From Phoronis australis (lineage: Eukaryota > Animalia > Phoronida): DNA of 64,000 nucleotides. The notes below the pieces were generated by a model. That model did not search any database and had not been told where the DNA came from. It saw only the letters and a list, made by a program, of their open reading frames with translations. The stretch covers positions 12,544-76,543 of the forward strand of contig NMRA01000266.1 in NCBI GenBank assembly GCA_002633005.1, given 5' to 3'. This document shows, piece by piece, positions 47,886 through 62,399 of this stretch. A program made the translations under genes and the position numbers. How positions within the stretch are numbered: the stretch's first letter is position 1; each line of letters opens with the position of its first letter.

Positions 47886-50800
47886 TAAGTTAATAGAGGT
47901 TATTATGGGTCTGAAAACATGTTGTATAGGGCACATTTAAGGACGCAATTACATAATAACTTAAACGAAGTACGGCGTCGTACAAAATGCAAGAAAACAA
48001 ACCATACTTTTGAAACAGATTTTTTACAAAAACACGTTGAAACTGATTTCATTGAATTAATGAGTCGACCCTGCATTTACATGCAGGCTTATTTCGACGC
48101 AAATCGAGACCGTAATTAAATTCTACGATTAAGCGTGCTTTAAAAAGGAAGCTCTTTGCCTCGCAGTTTCCGCGTGCACACGCACCAAATCGATACATTT
48201 ATCGGTTGAAATTATTTAAAGGCACAATTCTTGATATTGAAGAAACAAGGTTCATGGTGAAACAGATTCTCTTTTGACAAATAACGCGATATTCCGTACA
48301 CAAGCACAACCTAGAAACGCCCACGGGCATTTATTCGGATAACAACTATTGTCAAGTGCCCAGATAGTGGTGGGTTTATTCTGAAAATTTACACTTAAAA
48401 GACAACCCAGCGTAAACTTTTAGTCACAAGTTTAGTGTTGTGGAGCATTCATCATATTTAAAACCGAACATTGGTTATCATAAAATGTAAAAAAAACAAT
48501 GTTTTAAGTAAAAATTATCAAATTCAGGACACCTCTCAGGGGCGGATCGAGGAATTTGAGTTGGTGAAGCGGCCAGGGCACAGGAATAACCAAGATTTCG
48601 CCCCAGCCTAAACTGTAGGGATGCAGGGGTCTCAAACTTTTGGGTTCGAAGACCTTATTACTAAAAAGCATGTACGGAGTTTATTCAAGGCCTATGCAAC
48701 GTGCGTTTTCCCTCCGAGCCCCGTGCGTGCGCGCATTTGCTAGTCAGCTATTTGCCACCCGAACTGCCAAATGGTATCTGGGAGAATGCTACAGATAGGG
48801 GGGGGGGGGGGNGCATGCCCCATCTGCCACTCAATTAAAACTATGACATTCCCTTTACACGCACCATCCGTTGCCGAATATACGCCTGGGCTTTTATTTG
48901 GTGTTACTAAAACGCCTGAAAATTCACATTATCGGATAACACACCTAAGGGCTTATCTGGGGAAATCAAGTTAATTCTACTTGCTGCGTGTTATAATTTG
49001 CAAATTCAATGTTTTAATGAGATAGTGATTTTTGTCAAAATTACAATTAGCCAGTCTCATCGCACGGACTTAAAGTGCAACATGGCATTGAGTGGAAACT
49101 GGAGATTTCTGGATTGATGACTGCGACAACGCAGCAGGAGCAGGCATTTTTGATATCCTGACGTCACAACGTTGTCCTCCTTTCAGTAATCATGCTAATG
49201 CAAAATCAGTTACGATTTGACAAGCTTTATACACGAGAATTTGGAAACAGGAAGGGGCAGAGTTTGAATGCATGAGCAAAGACATCAATGCAAAAAACCG
49301 GAACACCAATATTGACCACAAAGACTTATCATTTACTGGGACACCTTTCGAAGTCTTACGTCAACATATCCCACGCTCAACTAGAGAACTCAAGCGAAAA
49401 AACAAACCTCGGTTCGACAGAACAGAACGAGAACTAATTAAAGCAAACAAATTATGCAGATCGCAAAATAAAATCAAACAATAAGCTGGTTTTTGGACAA
49501 TATCAAATCAGTTTGTAACTGTTAGCAATTATCAAATCAGACCACAATATTACACTCTTTCAACACCAAAATTATATTTCCAAAACGGAAAGCAATATTG
49601 GTCTTTTATGAGCAACCTGCAATGAAATAAAACCATATTCTCTAAATAAATCACCAAATGGAAATTACCAAGCGCAGTTTATATGCTATTCTATCAGATT
49701 TGGTCAAAAATAAACCAATATTGCTTTTGAATGCCCACATTTGTTTGCAAGCTGTCTATATCTGCTTTCAAATTTGCCCCTCAGACATTTACAAGAAAAC
49801 ACTCTTGCCTAAACTAAAGTGACCGCACCGACTATATAACAAATAGTATAATTATGCTTACCATTAAAAATGTCTCCAACAATTACTCATGTATTAAAAA
49901 AGTTCGATAGGAACCCTCTTTTCTACTTGAAAACTGGAATTACGGTACCAAATTAGAAAATAATTCAGAATCACTTATTTCAAACTGCAGTATAATACTT
50001 TATTTTCTTTTTCTCTAAAATTGAAATTTCATAAAATGTACAATTTCACTTCATATTATTTTAAGTTGCAAGCTTCAGATTGGTCATATGAGTGGAAAAC
50101 GTACCATATCTCACCAGGACGATTTTTCATAATAAACAATGACAATTTAAAAATTAGTGCTAGATAATTAATTTCTAAATATGGCATCCGCGACTGAGGC
50201 AGGTCCACAGGACCTCCTTCTTTTGCACAAACCTGCCCTTCATGGAATAACGAGCACAGTACACACACTTCACATCTACAAACTAGTGTACTACAACTAG
50301 ACGGGGTGTTTTCAGAGCCCCCATATCCCCAGGCTTTGTCATGGTACGGGTACTACAAGCCAGTGTATTGGTGTTTTATTGTTTCTGCTGTTCAATAATA
50401 ACTTTCCTTCGTACACCAGCTCAAAGGCAACCACGTGAATGACAAAATCACATTTATCTATACCTAAGGGATTTTTCTGAAATCCCCTCTACAGATATGG
50501 TGGCATCCCGGGCTTGAGACCGAGGGGGGAGGGCGGCTACTTTGGGAAGTCGAATTGGTTTTTGACACCCCAACAATTTTTGCCTTCCTACGGACCTGTA
50601 TTAGATCATGAACTTTCGTTTGATCTGCACTGTGGAGCCGGCGGGCAAACAAATTAAGCTCTAATCAACTTTTCCATGTATCACGTCTTTAGTGTATGTT
50701 TTAAATCGTTTGTGGGCACCTACACAAATTTTGATTATGGTGACAAAGTCTACTACGCAAAAGTAAGCAAATGGTGTAGGACCTTTTTAGCTGGACAGAC

Positions 50801-50898
50801 TACAGTATCAGGCTGGTGTTAAGAAAGAGTAAAAGACAATTATCGAAAATCTTAACTGGACCAAATTGACATTGCGATGAAAGCTGCAATAATTTTAA

Positions 50899-53800
50899 GA
50901 CCCTCAGGGGCCCAAATTAATTTCAAAATGATTAAAAAATTTTATTTTCCACCAGAACCTTTCTTATAGACCTGAAAACAAAAGTTCATGGTCAAAAAAA
51001 ATTTTCATGCTCGCTAATTAATTTTTCTTAATTGTTCCACCGGTGACCCAATGGGACTTGAGGGTCGAAAAAAGACCAAATATTGGTCATAATAAAACAA
51101 GTGCTAAGTTTAAGATAATCAGTTTTATTTCGACCAAGGACCAAAAACTGTCTTCAAAAAACATTTTAAATCAATGTGAACATGCATTATAATCTACAAC
51201 AGCTACATCTTATATATTCTGCAATAAAATATTCTCCCTGCAGTCACTGTCACAATTTTGCAAATCAGCACTACTGGACTACAGTCGAACATGAAACTCT
51301 CTGAAACAGTTCCTCTGTTCAGTGTAGCAGAGGTTGACTTTACACTTCTCACAAACATTGTTTGACTTCAAGCCACAAACCCTACCATCGACGCCTTTCG
51401 TCAGCTTTTATCATGAAGTGGCAAAACATGTCCCTTCTGACCTCGGGGGCTGGCATGATCTGAATCGAATTCTGCTTTTTCCGATCACCAGCAGCCTCGA
51501 TTGGATCTTCAACAGAAGGACGTCCACGTTTTCTCTTGCAGCCATTGTTCAGGTCGATCAATAGAGTGGAAAGTCTGGCCTGAAACTTCCGTTGATTCAA
51601 AACATCACGTGGCGGCAAATTAAGCAGCTTACATACTCGGCGATACGACAGCCAGGCATTAACTGTCATCATGCGGATAGTGTGCCAGAAAATGTACAGG
51701 TACCACCGCTTCGATTTCATTCTGTAGCTCCCCTTGGCTACGAAACAGTCGTGGAGATCCACACCACCCAAGTCCTCATTATAGGCCTTGATGACCGCAG
51801 GCCTAAGCACGTTCACGTGTGCACGTGATGATTTATCATAGCGCCTGACGCTGTTTGCAGGCTCAGTTCCACAGTATGTTGACAGCGTGGTTACAGCTCT
51901 TGTGTCGTACCATCGCACTGCCACAATTCCTGATTCCTCGACACAGGAGTCGATAGTGCCACGTCCACGCTTTTTCATGTCAGACTCCGTCTGCAGCTTT
52001 ACACCAGGCAATCTGTTAGGACGTACAGTGCCAGTATAGTGAATGCCTCTCGACTTCAGCTCCATGATTAGAGGTAGTCCCGTGAAGAAGTTGTCTGCAG
52101 TGATCTTGTAATTCAGAGCTGGAGCCCCAGGAGTGTTCTGTGGCAGGGTCTTGGCAAGGTTCAGGACAACGTCTGCCCCAACACCCAATGCACTTTTTGC
52201 CGTCCCCTCACGATTGCCCTGGTACACATCGAAATCATACAATATGCCAGCTGCACCTGTTCTCGCCCACACCTTGATGCCCCATGGATGAGGTTTTCCC
52301 TTGACGTACTGTTTCAGTTTGCTGAATTTGCCCTTGAAAGGGATCATCATCTCGTCGATCGAGTTTTGCTCCTCGGGAACTAGTTTCAGACAATTATGTC
52401 GAAATTTTTCAAGCCAAGGACGTATTTTCCACAGTTTGTCCTTCTTGTCCTCATCACTAGCAGTGTTGTTGTTGACGAAGTGCAGCGACGTTAACAGCAA
52501 CTGAAATCGGTTTCGACTCATAACACTTGCCACGGGTTCATACCTAGTGTCAGACTCCCAGTAGCAGCGATTTCCTGGCATTTTCGCTAAACCCATCCTC
52601 AAAAACATGCCAATCACTTTCTTCAACTCAGTTTTATCAGTGTCTACAGACTTTCCAGTTTTTTCTACACTGTACTGATTAGACATTTCAGAAAGCATGT
52701 CCAGCATATCATCAGTTAAAAAATCATACAAAAAATTTATAGGTGACGGTAACTCATAATGATCGGGCAATTCCAGCAGCTTCCCTCTGAAGATTGCATC
52801 AGGAGACACAAACTGAGACTTTGTCCATTTGTAAGCATTCTTCTTCTTGGACGTAGCAGGATGTGGTGCAGCAGGTTGGGGCACAGGTTCATCTTCATCA
52901 GAAGATTCACTTAGCACTGGAGTTCCGGACTGGTTCTCAGGTGTTTCGTAATCTTCATCGTCTGTGGATTCTTCCTCAATATCACTGTCATTTGGGTCAA
53001 TTTGGTCGAGTATGTTGACAACATCAGCTACTCTATAATTTCTAGTTTGACGTTGACGTTGCGTAGAAGAGTGAGAATTCATCTGTAAAAAATAACATCA
53101 TCATTATGTTAAAACAATCAAATAAATCAATTTCCACAATAGATATTACACTGACACTTCTTGAATAGAAAACATCACGACAGCGTTTGTCACGTTTTTT
53201 AGAATTGTTTCTGATCACAAATGCTACGTTTCAACACAATAAAAGAGATGAAGTGCAAATAATTGTTTTCCGAAAGGACGAAAAATCAGCATGTAGTTTG
53301 AGTGGTAATCAAATGTCTGGAATGCACCAGTGTTCATAAATAGCAACACAACATAAAAATTAGGTCAATTCCATTGCTTGATAATTCAACAAATATTCAC
53401 TTTTTGTTGAATTTTTCATTTTAATAACAAGATCATACCACAAAGAAGTTAACTGAGTCAAAAATGTAGAAAATTTTGTTATGCTGAAGAACTATTACGC
53501 GAATAAGGTAGCTACATTTTTCTGTAGACACGTGGGTTTCATTGTCACAAAGGCCCACTGGGTCACCGGTGACCCACTCGACTTTCAAGATCAAAATAGG
53601 AGTTCAAAACACAATCTTTGTAAAAAATTCAATCATAAACCTTTACACTGACATATTTTCAATAACATCTACAAATATTAAACTTGTAACTTACCGTAAA
53701 GCAATATATATCGAAGCGAAAATAGATGGTGGTTCTACAGTGCACAGCAAACACTGGAGGCAGCCTTTTCAAAAGTCAATGTATGAAGGCAAATAGGTCA

Positions 53801-53948
53801 AAAGTTCACATTCCTTTTGTTCAATATGTGGAACATAGTTTCTTAGGGAGAGCAAATGATCAATTTACTTAGACTGTGTATTTCAGGGTGAAGTGGTGAT
53901 CACATCAATTTTAGGGGGCACAGATGACCCCGTGGGCCTCTGAGGGTT
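50899..53948 (-). mobile_element. Full-length piggyBac transposon
   Basis: TIR (G/A)ACCCTCAG(G/A)GGCCCA flanked by TTAA (50895-50898, 53949-53952). Subterminal CACCGGTGACCCA repeats at about 51038 and 53564. Transposase ORF inside. Confidence 0.9.
51382..53082 (-). CDS. piggyBac transposase (566 aa; DDD triad intact; C-terminal cysteine-rich domain cut off by a 1-nt frameshift)
   Basis: Acidic N-terminus, MSRNRF, SIDEMMIPFKG, KPHPWGIK, ADNFFT, GGVDLHD. The shifted frame continues CRVCGLKSNNVCEKCKVNLC...NCFREFH to a stop at 51279. Confidence 0.9.
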   Translation of the reverse strand: MNSHSSTQRQRQTRNYRVADVVNILDQIDPNDSDIEEESTDDEDYETPENQSGTPVLSESSDEDEPVPQPAAPHPATSKKKNAYKWTKSQFVSPDAIFRGKLLELPDHYELPSPINFLYDFLTDDMLDMLSEMSNQYSVEKTGKSVDTDKTELKKVIGMFLRMGLAKMPGNRCYWESDTRYEPVASVMSRNRFQLLLTSLHFVNNNTASDEDKKDKLWKIRPWLEKFRHNCLKLVPEEQNSIDEMMIPFKGKFSKLKQYVKGKPHPWGIKVWARTGAAGILYDFDVYQGNREGTAKSALGVGADVVLNLAKTLPQNTPGAPALNYKITADNFFTGLPLIMELKSRGIHYTGTVRPNRLPGVKLQTESDMKKRGRGTIDSCVEESGIVAVRWYDTRAVTTLSTYCGTEPANSVRRYDKSSRAHVNVLRPAVIKAYNEDLGGVDLHDCFVAKGSYRMKSKRWYLYIFWHTIRMMTVNAWLSYRRVCKLLNLPPRDVLNQRKFQARLSTLLIDLNNGCKRKRGRPSVEDPIEAAGDRKKQNSIQIMPAPEVRRDMFCHFMIKADERRRW

Positions 53949-56311
53949 TTAAACTCATAAAGTTCTCAACATGTTAAATAATATACCAAATAAACAATTC
54001 GAAAATAATCAACGACTAAGCACTAGATCAGGGTGTAGCTTTATAAAACTAGCACCACGTAGAACCTTCACAAAACTATGCCGTGTATTTTAAACGAGAA
54101 CACGTGAATTCGGCTATATTTTCAAGCCGCGACATTGCAACCAAATTTTACCCAGGTCTCTCTTTCTTAGCTCCTCCGTCTTGTTCTCGAGCAATTTGAA
54201 ATCCACAAAAACATTAGGCATGGAACGTACATGTACGTTTGTATGCAACACCCATGCAACAGACATAATGAACAGCAATTGTATTTTATCCTTAAAGTTC
54301 AATTTTTACCTATAATTTTGCAAAAAGTTATAGTACAAAAGAAAGATGTCTGAACAAATTTAGGTCAAGGCTGTGGTTCAACTCTGAAAATTTCATACAT
54401 ACTTTCAGAATTTGTCCCCCAACTGTGAATCTGTCCAAATCTGTCAGTTTAAAATTATTTACATTATTATTGATCGTTTGCTTGATCTATTGTTCCGTAC
54501 ACTAAGCGCAGTCGATCATATAACATGTAAAATTAGTAGCAATCCATGACAGATTGACAAATTTATGTTTTCAAAAATTGTCCCATAACTTTCCGAATGG
54601 CATCAATTAAGTGCTCCTTAACAAAGTTGGCAATTTACTCCATAGTAACTTGTCTCTGATACGAAAGTTTGTTATGCTATTCGTATCAATGCATCATGTT
54701 TTGATTACGTTTTTCTCCATGACATACGTGTGTTAAGCTATTAACGTAAATTACGGAAAACTTAGCATATCATTATTTACAAATTTGGTAGCTAAATTTT
54801 GGTATATAATTATGACTCTTTTGCACAGTCCTTATGATAATTTATTTCTTCAACGTTTACCTGTTGCTCAAATTTAATGTTAATTTGCTTCCTGGGCCGA
54901 AACTTCATCTAATGCACTTGCGCAATCTCGTGAAATGAAAATGGCTCACCTTGTTCAGTATATTAATTTAGAGGGAAGAAAATTTGTGGTGACAAAGAAT
55001 TTCCCTAGTAACGGTTCGGTCAAGTTTACGGTATACAAAAAATCGACATTTTGAATATGAGCCTGGATACAAAGTTGCGTAAATATAAAATTTTAAAGTT
55101 AGATGTTCGGTCACGATAGGCCAAGTGCTACTTGAACCCGGCTGCTAAAAACAGAAAAATATTTGAGCCTGCTTAAGCCTACGTCAAAGTAGGACGAGTA
55201 AAATCGATGAAAAAGGAAGAATGCCCCAATAGCATCGACTGAAGAAATAAATAGGAAATACCGTTAGTGAAAAGTATTTTGTGTTAATGTCAACGACCTA
55301 AATAAATATTAAAAACCTAATACTTCTCAACTATCTTCGTGTAATTTGCAAACCACATACATAATCAAATGACCCTCATTTTCGAATCGGTAATTTAGAA
55401 AACGCAAAACGACACGCCATACAACAGACTTTCAAAATCATAAAATTACAACTTTGAAGGTCAGCTATACTAAACTCCCATAACTTGACGCTAACAGCGT
55501 TTAGGATAACCTAAATAGATAGTTTCTGGTCTGTGTTGATCACGTAGTTAAAAGTTCACTCAAGAGTCACCTAGCGTAACCTAAAAAGCTGCAAAGACGT
55601 TGGATTTTCTTGGCTATCACCAAAGGTCGAAGGGGGTGCGGCACTGTCTAAAATGGAGCATTTACTTTTCATGCGTATGGCTTAGCAATACGAAACTGGT
55701 AAAAATGTCGTTAGTCAAGTTATAGGTGATTGCGTGGCATTTTGAATGCCTGCATGCAGTTGTAATTTCACCAAGTCCAGTTTGAAGAAACAACCCCACT
55801 ATTACTTACTCCTACATCAAGTCTAATTCCCCTAAATAAACACCAAACTGTAACTGTAAAAAGGCTACGTGATACACCGAAGTAATATCACTACGGATGT
55901 TTTAGCTTAGTTCGAAAAGAGAGCACTTCCTTACAGTTGACCTGGATTGCATACATGTAAAAGTTTGATCGAGATTCTCGTGAGCCCATCTATGCCCTGC
56001 AGTGAGAAATGGTTAACAGATTGAATTGCTGATATCAAGAAGATTCCACGTAAAACCTATAAGGCAATGGTTATATAGAAAATTTCAAGGTGCACTTCAA
56101 GTCAATAATGATCAGGCGAGTGTTCATGAGTGAGTACTTACATAATACAGTCTTTGGTTGACGTCCCATCCTTTGTCTATATACATCAATAGTTTACTAC
56201 AATCGTCCTCCTCCATGGCTTTTTTAATCTGAAAATGGTAATGAATATATGTGGATTATGGAGTACAATAGAATCTGAACTCTGTTCACAAGAGACTGGG
56301 GTTTGCGGCTG

Positions 56312-56358
56312 AGGTGCGCGATTGTGGTGCGCGACTGTGGTGCGCGACTGTGGTGCAC
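56312..56358. repeat. 13-bp tandem repeat (GGTGCGCGACTGT) x about 3.5
   Basis: Directly visible in the sequence. Confidence 0.8.
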
Positions 56359-57349
56359 AACTCTGGTGCAAATAAATTAATGCAAGAAAAGCGCTATCAA
56401 CTGCGATTGTGCCAATGTTATACATGTATTCTTGTGCATTTACCCCCTTTTTTCTGAAGCCCACTCACGTGCTCCGTGTTATCATAACGCCATTCAAGGG
56501 CCTCAGGCAGGTGTCCTTTTTATCCTTTGTAGGCACTTAATTTATTTTTTATACTTGTTTTAGCTACACACCAATCAATTGGGCTAAAGTCTAATACCCC
56601 TACTTGTTTTTTCTTCATATTATTTACATAATCAACTATCGTTATTAAGTCATGAAATTTACAGGGATATTACTGGACTTCGCCTTTGCGCCATTACCGC
56701 ATAAAACATGAAAAAGCAAGTACATTGCAGCAGCGCGACAACCGGGCGTATGTTTTAAAACACATCAATCTTCCAAAAGTGCAAGATTCTAGTCAAGTTA
56801 CAGCCAGTCGGGTAAAACATGGCTGTTATTATTTCGATTGGCGTTGGAGTTTGTTTGATATGTTACCAATTCAATTACACTAAGTCTTCTGGGTGCAACT
56901 TTTTGAAAAAAGCACACCATTTATAACCAGGTGCTCCCAAAGAGCGCAGGTACACACCTGATCAGGAATACCCCTCCATTTACAAACCTTGCCCTTCACC
57001 AAACCAACTTAAGATTACTTCCGTGCCACTATAAACGTTAGAAAATGTACCTAAGCATTAAAATTGCTCGGTCAAACTAACAATCGCTGGATACACGACG
57101 ACCAAAATAGCCAGTATCCTTTTGTTCAAGTAGTGAATTACCTCTCATTCGTACATAGAATATGCCGACACAGAGAAAAGGAACTTGACATTATAAAACA
57201 AACACCTTATGGTATATCACCGTGTAGTCCAACTGGCTAAATGTGCAAAATTGGTTCTGGTCGGCCCTGTATTATTTTTATACGGAAAATCACACTTTCA
57301 AATTTAAGAAAAACCTAAAAAACATCGGTTTTGCCAAACATTTTTTCGT

Positions 57350-58400
57350 GAATGTTCATAAAACTTCACAATACATGCCGCATAGATGTAAAACACACCT
57401 GTTGTTATATGGCATGCTGGTGTGCCAAGAATGAATATATTCCAGAGTACGAAAGTCTCATAATTGACAATTTAGCACCATATTTTTCGCAGTCAAGCTT
57501 TTCTTTTCCGCGCAACAACCGTGTCCCATAACCATAGAATAATCTTTTGGATTATTGCTGTCGTCATCTGTTGCTCATTAAGTCCAGAATTTTATCCCTG
57601 GCCCTGGGATTATTCTGAACAGATGTGTATAACTGCAACAACCCAATTCACAGTGTTTTATCAAATTCCACTCCCTGACAATGCAAACTTGGAAATAAGT
57701 CGGGTCAACGTTCCTGTGAACATTTGGAGGGTTCTTACTCGGCCGATAAATTTAGTTATATTCTCAAGAATATTTTTTCTAATAAAAAGTTCGATAGCAA
57801 TATACTGTTCTGCGCAAACGCACGCCTTGGACTTAACACTTCATAGTCAACGTTGCTTGCACTGTTGTAATGTCACAATGATTGCGAATATAATGCCTAG
57901 GATCAAACAATGTTCGATAACGAAATTCAGCATAAGACAGGTAACGTCGAAAGCAGACCAAAACATGACGCAAAGATGTACAATGATTTCTGAGACATTT
58001 TGGAATCTCACCCCATTCAATTCTTCCTGGCTGAGAAGAACGCCACCAGATTTCTTGTTCTCCGCCATGTCGTAAATCTGGTCTTTTGTGGATACTTGTG
58101 GTCATTCTGCGCCTAATGTAATGACTATAACGCAGTGGTTTTACCGGATATATAGGCAGTTTTTTATCTTTGGGTATTACCACAAATTTCAATGCCTTGT
58201 TGCACAACAATAGGTCATAAACACATGTAATGTTGTTATCTACAAATCGACATATTGCGGTCATAGGAAGCGGGGCTCTCGAAAGGGTTGGGGGCGTTCC
58301 TTTACTTGCAGGTACCATGATTAAACCGCAGCAACTGTCATATTCGTTTTGAAAGAAAAGAAAGACCGGCGAATCATAGAGAAAAGAGAACATTCAAGAA
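57350..58400 (-). mobile_element. Decayed Tx1/L1-like LINE ORF2, 3' portion
   Basis: VYDLLLCNKALKFVVIPK (D...NKALK..WI motif), THLFR...KFW (zf-RVT-like) and GAKLSI (AK..IW-like), in the expected order. Confidence 0.5.
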
Positions 58401-58729
58401 AAATATTGGCAACTATCAGAGTACGATAATGTAGACATGTGTCTGTATGTATAACCACTTGGTAATAATTGATAGCCTGACAGGGTGCAACAGTTGTTGA
58501 TCCTTTCCTGGTTACTTATTACGGATTCTTTCATATTCAAGGGCACAGTCATAGGTAGTGTCCTAGAGGCACAGCCATTGGAGGGGTCCTGTTACAAAGC
58601 CAGCGGATGGGGCCCCAGGTACACAGCCATTGGATGAGGCCGGTTGAAGACATCCATATATCCACAATAACTTGTTTTTATGTTTAATTGAAAACTTCTT
58701 AGGGAGAGAGGAACTCACGATGGAATTAA

Positions 58730-59480
58730 AGGAGAATGTCACCCGATTTAATTAATCTTTTTACCGTCTTAAGTAATGGGTCTAGTATCCACATCACCTC
58801 GTATCTTACTTCCCCGAGAGGTGTCGCGCTAACCTGTGAGGATGGTGAGAAACGACGCAACGACGTCAGTGGTTCTTCTGCAGAGTGAGAGCGGCTATGG
58901 TGTGGTGCATCGTTCCCGCTTGTGGAAACTATGAAGCTGCGAGGAAGTAGTGGAGAATGAAAAGTACGCCGTTAATACCAAGTATGAGGCCTTGAAACTT
59001 CTCCGTGTCTGTCAGTGGCCTTCATTTCGAAGGATCAGTTGTTGATCAGCTTTTGATTATGGAGAATTGTAATTGGCCTTGATAACATGAAAAATTCAAT
59101 TAGAACTCATGATGGTCCATGATAAACATCAAATTCTGACACCATGACAAGTCATTCAAATGGTTTCGGGACTATCCATGTGTTTCGTTGTCTGGTACAC
59201 GTTCACTGAACCTGTCTATTATTTCTTGATCAGTGTATTCCGGTTCGAACTGATAGCCTGCGAAACCTAATGATCCACATGTGAAGTCTTCGTCGTATGA
59301 GCACTCATCTCAGTCGGAACTGCGAGTTGCCACGTTGAAGTTTATTGTCACGCCTTCTGTTTCAAAATGAATTATTCTCACCCTAACCAATGCTGATATA
59401 GAACTGAAACAAAGTCTTTCTCATTTGATACAATTTGTAATGCCTTGGAGTGTTCGTGTGAGCAAATATTTTGAGAACCC
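58730..59480 (+). mobile_element. Kolobok-like transposon 5' fragment with decayed THAP domain
   Basis: TTAA|AGGAGAATGTCACC terminus; MVWCIVPACGNY from 58897; LRVC..LHF. Homologous to fragments in the tandem units and to 20906-21140. Confidence 0.6.
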
Positions 59481-61344
59481 ACCACTGCGTTACCGGCTTT
59501 AGATGCAATGAACTAATTCACCGGACACCGAGGCTTTGTAAGCACAAGCTAAATCTGTGTTTGCTGACGAAACAATAACTCGATTTTATAGCCTATGATC
59601 AGATGTTAGGAAAATCTTTATTTAGATATTCTTAAAAATTGTTCGAATCATTCTTACTGTACAACTTTTCCACTAAAGGGTCTGTGGAAATGTAATGTTT
59701 CGCGGTTAATTCACCAAAATAACCACCTGCATATTTTTCTTTGGCTCACTAGTATAGTCTTTTGTGACTGGAAGCTTAGTTCCTAACTTTGGCTGGTTTA
59801 TGCTCGTGATGTCTTCAGTCCGGCCGTGATATGCCTGATCGGGTTCCGAGCCATTGGCCGGGATAGCAAACGTTTGGTGTATTTAGAACTGAAAATGATC
59901 GCAAGTCCAAAATTACAACAAACACCTATGTTTTCCTGTCTGTATTTCACGGAATAATTTGAATTTATCACAGATCAGAGCCCAAACCCCTGCGACAGTC
60001 CTTGGTGAATTGGCCTACCGAACTTTGTAGGCTACAGTACGTTCAAATACCTAAAAACCCGTACCAAAATAAACCATTTGTTCAAGAACTCGATATATTT
60101 GTATCGGCGCATCATATGGGGCTGGGGAGCTATTGCCCCACTTTTTTCAGTGCTGCGCCGCACATAGTCTATAGGTGGTGCACCATAGGGGGTCTGAGGG
60201 CCTTTAGCTCCCACTCTTTTAATTGCTACGACGCCCATCATTATTGGTTTAAAACGATGAATGCAAGCTATAAGCTGACACCATTAAACGTGTTGTGAAC
60301 TGTTGAACAGACTGCATTCAAACCTCTGACATCATTGGATCATTGGTTAATTTCAACAACTCCATTTGCTGTACTTGCTGTTATCAAGTGGAACTATCCA
60401 ACCTAAATTGATACAAGCTACATGTAGGTTGTTTTTTGGGTGGCTTTCTGCTTTAAGTGCCTTTATTTTGCTGTTTTTTGTGGAATCGTTCAACTTTGTG
60501 TTAAGCAATGTCATTTCATGGGGGGGTCACACGATGATGTAATCGAGCGTCGGTCTTTCCCCTCGTAATTAGCTTTTCATAGTAGGTGATCGTCTGTTGG
60601 AGGGATTATTCGTGTAACTGCATCACTGTCACTCTATAAATCTGCTCTATAGGCCGCTGTGTGTGAATTGCACAAGCGGGACATCTATTACATCAGTTTT
60701 AATAACAATAACATGTCGATACATTTCCCTATGGTGTCATAAGGATATTTCTAAGGTCGTTACAATAAGTTATTTGTAAGAAACTCGTACATATCGATGA
60801 AATGTCCGGGAATAAGATTTTTGATAACCGTGCACAGAATACAAGTCTAACGCATTAGGTACTCAATCTACTGTACATGTTTACCGATAACGTATATAGA
60901 TTTCATTGATTGGTGTACTTCAAGTTTAACCCCTAAACCGTAACAGCTACCTTTGGAATAAGCGTTATATTAGCGACTGCCAAAACAAATGTTCCATCTC
61001 ATATGTTTCCTCGGTTGTCCGTCAACAATCTGCATGAGTAAATTGCTCTCAAAAATCTAGTTTTATAAACGGAGAACATTGTATTCGTGTTTGATCTGCA
61101 TATTTATGTGTGTACAAAAATCGAGTTATTCATAGAAGTGCAAATTTGACGCTAATCTTGTAAGAACTGATGATGCTTCGGTGTACCTAAATGCAGACTG
61201 AAGTTGGGAAATGTTCTGTCATCTGATGCCAAAACAGCAATTTCACTAAACAATTTTGCATACCTGAAACAAATTTATGAAATATTGATGAAATTGGGAT
61301 ACCTCTACAGTGTGTTGTCCTAATAAGTACTCAAAAATCAGACA

Positions 61345-62390
61345 GATTTTCTTAAACCAACCTTTATGGTTTAACAGTGACCTGCAGGCAGGAGCAAAAA
61401 GTTTTTTCTACAGGAACTGGTGCAATGGAGGCATAGTCTTTATAAAGGAGTTGTAATCCCCAGACGGTAATATTTTGAACTATAGATTTATTTTGGATGT
61501 TTTACATGTAGGTATCAATACGAAATTTATGAAGTATAAGATTCTAATTTCAGTGATATTTAAGTACCAACAGAAATGTGATTTTAATAGAATTGTTAGT
61601 TTTGATGCGTATTGTCCTGTTATGTCAAGGATTTTGATGAAACTGAAAAGTGGTGGGAGAGGGTGCCAACATATCTGTACACAATTGAATTGTAGTTCAA
61701 AAGTCTCAAAAGCGGAGTCAAAATGGGCCAAAGAACTGAACGTAAATACAAATAATTTTTCATGGGAAGATGCTTATTCCCTTCTATATAATACAACAAG
61801 AGATCCAAGAATTAGATGGCTTCAATTCAGACACTTGACGAGAATTTTGACTTCTAAATCATTTTTAAAAATAATTCAAGTTACGGATGATGACTCTTGT
61901 TCCGTTTGTGGACAATCGAAAGAGACTTTGAAACACTTGTTCTGGGAATGTGAAACAGCCAATTCATTTTGGACAAAAGTTAATAACGAAATTCTTAACA
62001 AAACAAATCCCCAGTGTGTCGACATTATCTCGTGTAACAACGATATTTCTGGCTTTTGTGATGAAAAGGAAAATTTTACTATAGGGTAAACAGTTTATTT
62101 ATATCCAAATGTTCGGATCAAAAAGATTACTTACCAGTAGATTTTTAACGTCGCCAAAGAATAGTATATGAGTGAAAAGTATAATGCTCGTTCGGATCTG
62201 AATTCAGAATTTGTACAAAAAAGATGGAGTAACTTTGAAACGGTTTTTATTAGTAGTCAAGAGGATTAGATATGGGGTATGCGTGATTGTGTGCGTGTCT
62301 GTGGTGCTCTTGTCTTGTGGTATTGTAAACTTGTTTCGTTGTTAATAAATGTATATAAATTATGTACTCAGGCTTCAAATGAAAACAAAT
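61345..62390 (+). mobile_element. L1/Tx1-type LINE 3' fragment with zf-RVT zinc knuckle
   Basis: FLNQPLWFNS, WLQFRHLTRILT, CSVCGQSKETLKHLFWEC...FW. Confidence 0.85.
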
Positions 62391-62399
62391 GCATTTTAA

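Noticed and set aside
57521-58393. Overlapping 184-aa and 186-aa ORFs as host genes
   Set aside because: Minus-strand remnants match LINE ORF2 motifs; the plus-strand ORF is its antisense shadow.
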